From Gloeobacterales cyanobacterium (GTDB taxonomy: Bacteria; Cyanobacteriota; Cyanobacteriia; Gloeobacterales; PMM-0068): a stretch of 64,000 bases of DNA. Of this stretch, positions 59,908-64,000 are shown in pieces. Location: assembly GCA_038245785.1 (NCBI GenBank), contig JBBRSB010000023.1, positions 16,512 through 80,511 on the forward strand, given 5' to 3'. The position numbers were made by a program, and so were the translations under genes. Position 1 is the first letter of the stretch, and each line of letters starts with the position of its first letter. A model generated the notes under the pieces. The model was not told the DNA's origin, did no database searches, and saw only the letters and a program-made list of their open reading frames with translations.

Positions 59908-59992
59908 GGAAGCCTAAAGAAAATAGCAGGACAATTATGGTTTTCCTATTATGTCCTCAGCCTAGAACGAAACCTGTAAAATCAGAGCGCGC

Positions 59993-60205
59993 TCAGCGCT
60001 CTTCAAAACGACGATAGGCAATCACCAATTCACAGGCAGGGCAATGGATATCTGCTCCACTACACTCCTCGGGGGAGGGGAAACGCCCAAGCTTTTTGCC
60101 TGGCAAGGGATAGCAGACCAAGGCATTGCGGAACTGAATCTTGGTATTGCACCGAGGACATCCCCCTAAATCTCGGTCTCTCAGCGTTGATACCTGAACA
60201 ATCAT
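59993..60205 (-). CDS. Small putative zinc-ribbon protein
   Basis: CPRC...HCPAC; GGAG RBS upstream of ATG 60205. Confidence 0.55.
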   Translation of the reverse strand: MIVQVSTLRDRDLGGCPRCNTKIQFRNALVCYPLPGKKLGRFPSPEECSGADIHCPACELVIAYRRFEER

Positions 60206-60237
60206 CCGCAACTCTCCAAGAAACCTCTAGGGATAGT

Positions 60238-60894
60238 CTACACATAGGTCCTAATCGTTTCCGAGAGGCGTTTTTTCATTAACCATTTGCCTCCGAATCT
60301 TGGCCAAAAAAGGTTGGACCAGTCGAGTTCTTCTCGTTCTAAGTGGTAGCCACGAGTCTGATAAAGCTTAAGGGCACCACGATTGTGACGCAAGACATGA
60401 AGACGGATAGAAGGTTGACGCCACTCTATGGCCGCTTGCTCAACTCGGTGCAGCAAGCGCTGAGCGACGCCTAGACGACGATAGCGTGGGTGGACCGCCA
60501 AATTGGAAACGTATAGGTAGTGGCCTGTGTCTGTTCTGCGGCCTTGCTGGTAATACCCAGGAATGGGCTTTAGAGCCATCTCCACAGTTGCTATAAGCTT
60601 TCCATCTAGATGAGCTATCAGGCAAAGGTAATCCTTCGAGGACCTATTTAAGCGAGTACCCAATTCTCGGGCTAAGTTGCTCCTCAACCAATGAGCCAAG
60701 AGATCATTGAAGCTAGTGCCCCCATGGAAGCAGGAAAGCAAAAGACCCGCTAAGGGTTCAGACTCCCATGAGGTAGCCGAGCGAATGACCAGGTTGCGCA
60801 GAGGGTCTAGTCCGTTCTCTCCACTTTCGAAGTATTCAGAGTAAGAAGTTGCAGGCAAAGAGGTCATAGCTAAGGCAGACTTCGGAACACTCAA
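60238..60894 (-). CDS. GNAT family N-acetyltransferase
   Basis: YVSNLAVHPRYRRLGVAQRLL, LHV..HNRGALKLYQ..GY. Confidence 0.9.
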   Translation of the reverse strand: MSVPKSALAMTSLPATSYSEYFESGENGLDPLRNLVIRSATSWESEPLAGLLLSCFHGGTSFNDLLAHWLRSNLARELGTRLNRSSKDYLCLIAHLDGKLIATVEMALKPIPGYYQQGRRTDTGHYLYVSNLAVHPRYRRLGVAQRLLHRVEQAAIEWRQPSIRLHVLRHNRGALKLYQTRGYHLEREELDWSNLFWPRFGGKWLMKKRLSETIRTYV

Positions 60895-60966
60895 AAAGAT
60901 ATACAGGTTATCAATACTATGCCCAATGGTAGTTCTAGAAAACCTATTTCCCTATTCTAAGATCAT

Positions 60967-62076
60967 TTATGGACTTGCTAGTTTTTGTTTAGCCTGTTGC
61001 CAAAAGCTTTCTAATTCCTCTAAAGAATAGTCGGATAAAGGATGACCTGCGAGTATTTCTACCTGCTCTATCCGAGCTAAAAAGCGTTGGTTGGTTTCAT
61101 GTAGAGCAAACTCTGGATTCACCTCTAGCCAACGGGCTAGGTTGACCAGCGTAAATAGTACATCGCCTAGTTCTTCTCCTTGGCGTTGAGCAGATTCATG
61201 CTCGATGGCCTGTTTTAGTTCTTCTAATTCCTCATCGAATTTGGCCCAAACGGACTGGAGGTCTGGCCATTCAAAACCTATTGCCGCTACTTTTTGAGAA
61301 ATCTTGAGACAGGCCCCCAGGCTATTCATCGAGCGAGGGATTTTGGCAAGCTTAGTGCTGAAGTTCTGAGGAACTCCTTTAGCCTGAGCTTCTTGCGTCT
61401 TAACTTGCTCCCAGGTAATCGCCACTTCTTCTGGCGTATGCGCTTGCGCAGACCCAAATACATGAGGATGGCGGCGAATTAGTTTGTCGGTGATCCCCGC
61501 AGCGATCTCTGCCCAACCAAATAAACCCCGTTCCTGGAAGATTTGAGCTTGAAGCGCGATCTGAAGCAATAAATCCCCTAATTCTTCTTGAATATGTTGC
61601 ACATCCCCCGACTGAAGAGCATCTACAGTTTCATAGGCTTCTTCCAAGACGTAGGGACATAGGCTCTCTGGGGTCTGAGCTGCATCCCAAGGGCATTCGC
61701 TCCGCACTCTAGCCACAATAGCCATGAGGCGATCCAAACGTCCCAGATCCTCGGGAAGCGGCCGTAGAGAGACTCCAGCAATAGAGACTCCAGGAATCAA
61801 GTCTCGACAATAGGGCTGCAGTTTTTGAGCTATTTCATCTTCCGTAGGATGGCCTGGGACAGCGTAGGCAAAAGGTTGGTTCTGTTGGAGGAGATCTTCT
61901 AATTCTTTTTCAGTGATCTCCTGAACAGGATAGCCCCGTTGCACGAGGTCAAGCACCACGGGATGTTCCCCATCTTTGACATAGAGAGGATTGGCCTGTT
62001 CACAGGTGGTTTTCGCGCGAAAGGTCAGGTGGTCTGGCGACCCAGGTCCAAGACCAATCAGGGTGCACTGCTTCAT
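60967..62076 (-). CDS. mazG: Nucleoside triphosphate pyrophosphohydrolase MazG with N-terminal tetrapyrrole-methylase-like domain
   Basis: CPWDAAQT, EEAYETVDA, EELGDLLLQ, KLIRRHPHVF, GFEWPD, EELGDVLF; N-terminal IGLGPGSPDHLT...YAVPGHP...IPGVS. Confidence 0.92.
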   Translation of the reverse strand: MKQCTLIGLGPGSPDHLTFRAKTTCEQANPLYVKDGEHPVVLDLVQRGYPVQEITEKELEDLLQQNQPFAYAVPGHPTEDEIAQKLQPYCRDLIPGVSIAGVSLRPLPEDLGRLDRLMAIVARVRSECPWDAAQTPESLCPYVLEEAYETVDALQSGDVQHIQEELGDLLLQIALQAQIFQERGLFGWAEIAAGITDKLIRRHPHVFGSAQAHTPEEVAITWEQVKTQEAQAKGVPQNFSTKLAKIPRSMNSLGACLKISQKVAAIGFEWPDLQSVWAKFDEELEELKQAIEHESAQRQGEELGDVLFTLVNLARWLEVNPEFALHETNQRFLARIEQVEILAGHPLSDYSLEELESFWQQAKQKLASP

Positions 62077-62396
62077 ATGATTTCCTAATTATTTGGGGAT
62101 TTACTTAGATTTACGCAGATTGTTTGAATAAAGAAAATGTTGTCAAAAACTTTTTCAACAGAAAAGAGCAGATGAATAAGAAATTTGATGAATAATTCAT
62201 TACTTTATGGTCTCTATCAGCTACATTTGGAACTAATAACCTCATCTTGAGGTCCTGAAAACAATATAGATCCCGAAGAATTCTGTCTCCAGACTCTTGG
62301 GATTCGCTTAAGACGGAGATTAGTATCTTAAGAGACCACTTGTTTGTGATCTAGAGCCTTCATGTTCTAGTCGCAAAGTTACTAAGCTTATGAGGA

Positions 62397-63281
62397 GTGA
62401 AGGATTTAGCTGTGGGACTTAATCTTGAGCAGTTTTTGCAGAATGTCCGCCCTATCGATTTTGTCGATTGGGCCTCTGTTGCTTTGCTCCTTTATTTTGT
62501 ATATCAGCTTATCCGCAAGACCCGTGCTGTATGGCTGACCAGGGGAGCGCTCATTTTAGGAGCCATCTATGTTCTCAGTTATTTGGCCGACCTTAAGCTG
62601 CTTACATTTATTTTAGACAAGGTATCTATCGGACTTTTCGTGGCTATCATAATCGTTTTTCAACCAGAATTGCGGAAATTCTTGGAAAAGCTGGGCCGAG
62701 GAGATTTCATTGCCGCTCTTATTCCAGAACGGCCTTCTACTATAAATAATCCTTCTGTAGAAGAACTTCTTACAGCAGTTAAAGAACTTTCTCAACAAAG
62801 AACTGGTGCCCTGATAGTCTTGGAAGGCACACCTATCCAAGAAACTTTACTTACAGACGGGGGCGTGAGACTGGATGCCCAACTCAAGCATGAGCTCCTC
62901 CTATCTTTATTTCATCCTAAAACGCCCCTTCACGATGGTGCAGTAGTTTTAAGAGATTGGCGTATTGAAGCAGCAGGAGTTATTCTTCCTATGACTGACC
63001 AAGTCACTTCTCGCAAGTTGGGGACCCGACACCGAGCTGGCATTGGAGTAACAGAACAAACGGATTCCCGCTGTATTATTGTTTCTGAGGAAACGGGTTC
63101 TATTTCCTTTGCTGAAGGTGGCCAAATTTATAGGCCCTTGACCGTCGAGCAGTTAAAGGACCTCCTCAACCAGCGCTATTCTGCTGAGCAAGAAAGCCTA
63201 ACATCTCCTATAATGCCGAGCATTGCTCTATTGACCAAGCGATTCCTATCTCCTTCTAGTAATTCGAGAACTGGTGAATGA
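62397..63281 (+). CDS. cdaA: Diadenylate cyclase CdaA/DacA
   Basis: 3 TM segments, [34 protein letters not shown]. Confidence 0.95.
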   Translation: MKDLAVGLNLEQFLQNVRPIDFVDWASVALLLYFVYQLIRKTRAVWLTRGALILGAIYVLSYLADLKLLTFILDKVSIGLFVAIIIVFQPELRKFLEKLGRGDFIAALIPERPSTINNPSVEELLTAVKELSQQRTGALIVLEGTPIQETLLTDGGVRLDAQLKHELLLSLFHPKTPLHDGAVVLRDWRIEAAGVILPMTDQVTSRKLGTRHRAGIGVTEQTDSRCIIVSEETGSISFAEGGQIYRPLTVEQLKDLLNQRYSAEQESLTSPIMPSIALLTKRFLSPSSNSRTGE

Positions 63282-64000
63282 CCGCCCTTCCGGTTTCTCT
63301 GCGCACACTTCCATCGGACTTACTGCAAACGCATTTGCCCCAGCATATTGCTGTGATTATGGATGGCAATGGCCGATGGGCAAAAAGTAGGGGCCTTCCC
63401 CGAATTATGGGGCATCGCCAGGGGGTCTCTACCCTCAAAGAGATCCTGCGTTGCTGTAAGGATTGGGGCATAGGAGCCCTTACTGTTTATGCTTTTTCTA
63501 CCGAGAACTGGGGCAGACCCTTAGAAGAAGTACAGTTTTTGATGACTTTATTTCAGAGTGTATTGCGTCGTGAAATAAGCGAGATGGTGGCAGAGGGCGT
63601 TTGTATCCGCTTCGTCGGTGACTTGCAGGCCCTGCCAGAAAGTCTCCGCGTAGAGATTCAGCGGGCAACGGATGCTACTAGTGGAAATGACGCCATCCTC
63701 TTTAATGTTGCAACAAACTATGGAGGCAGACAAGAAATCGTTCAAGCTTGCCAAAAACTTGCTCGCCAAGTTCAGTCGGGTCACCTTGACCCTAACGATA
63801 TTACAGAGGAACTTTTCGCCCTTCAGCTCTACACTCATCATCTAAGAGATCCAGATCTACTTATTCGTACCAGTGGTGAACTACGTTTAAGTAACTACCT
63901 GCTCTGGCAATGTGCGTATACAGAAATCTACGTAACGGATGTTCTTTGGCCAGATTTTAACCGAGAAGTTTTCCACCAAGCCCTATTAGATTATCAATCT
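63278..64000 (+). CDS. uppS: Isoprenyl transferase (undecaprenyl diphosphate synthase), 3' partial
   Basis: Manual translation: MTALP...[13 protein letters not shown]...[11 protein letters not shown]...NYGGRQEI...[24 protein letters not shown]; ATGA overlap with cdaA. Confidence 0.95.
   Translation, partial: MTALPVSLRTLPSDLLQTHLPQHIAVIMDGNGRWAKSRGLPRIMGHRQGVSTLKEILRCCKDWGIGALTVYAFSTENWGRPLEEVQFLMTLFQSVLRREISEMVAEGVCIRFVGDLQALPESLRVEIQRATDATSGNDAILFNVATNYGGRQEIVQACQKLARQVQSGHLDPNDITEELFALQLYTHHLRDPDLLIRTSGELRLSNYLLWQCAYTEIYVTDVLWPDFNREVFHQALLDYQS

Noticed and set aside
63548-63841. 97-aa minus-strand ORF (and similar short antisense ORFs throughout the track)
   Set aside because: Antisense shadows of well-supported genes such as uppS, with no independent coding signal

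Overview
Cyanobacterial chromosomal window (ndhF/ndhD, ccs1-ccsA, cyanobacterial-type L32, cdaA-uppS); I saw no HIP1 GCGATCGC octamers by eye, which suggests a HIP1-poor, possibly basal lineage. Housekeeping genes (rpmF, mog/moaB, ccs1, ccsA, two lepB, thyX, purM, rlpA, cbiT, cobQ, ndhF, ndhD, mutS, mazG, cdaA, uppS, tRNA-Tyr) are interleaved with accessory blocks. (1) 1-14.7 kb is the best candidate for an undescribed system: a RiPP-like locus with a 211-aa NHLP-like substrate ending ...PPTPYIPTCNC, a fused E1-YcaO cyclodehydratase, an amidohydrolase and a class II methyltransferase. It has no oxidase, recognisable protease or exporter, and is bracketed by an AraC regulator, an HTH-AAA_35 protein preceded by eight phased 11-12 bp repeats, and a 2071-aa kinase-AAA-GAF-PAS protein ending in a second AAA_35 domain. 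(2) 29.9-32.6 kb is a cassette of STAS-like/wHTH regulator, extended SSB, sigma-70 factor and a DnaX-C-terminus-like protein, with three TTCATT-N6-AATGAA palindromes around its promoter. (3) 36.9-45.1 kb is a convergent general-stress island beside tRNA-Tyr whose two outer ends share a motif. Smaller items are a double D-to-N pseudokinase, an HLR1-preceded microprotein plus sORF/sRNA region, a lepB gene-conversion tract, and decayed and intact toxin-antitoxin modules. All family assignments come from motif recognition, not database searches.
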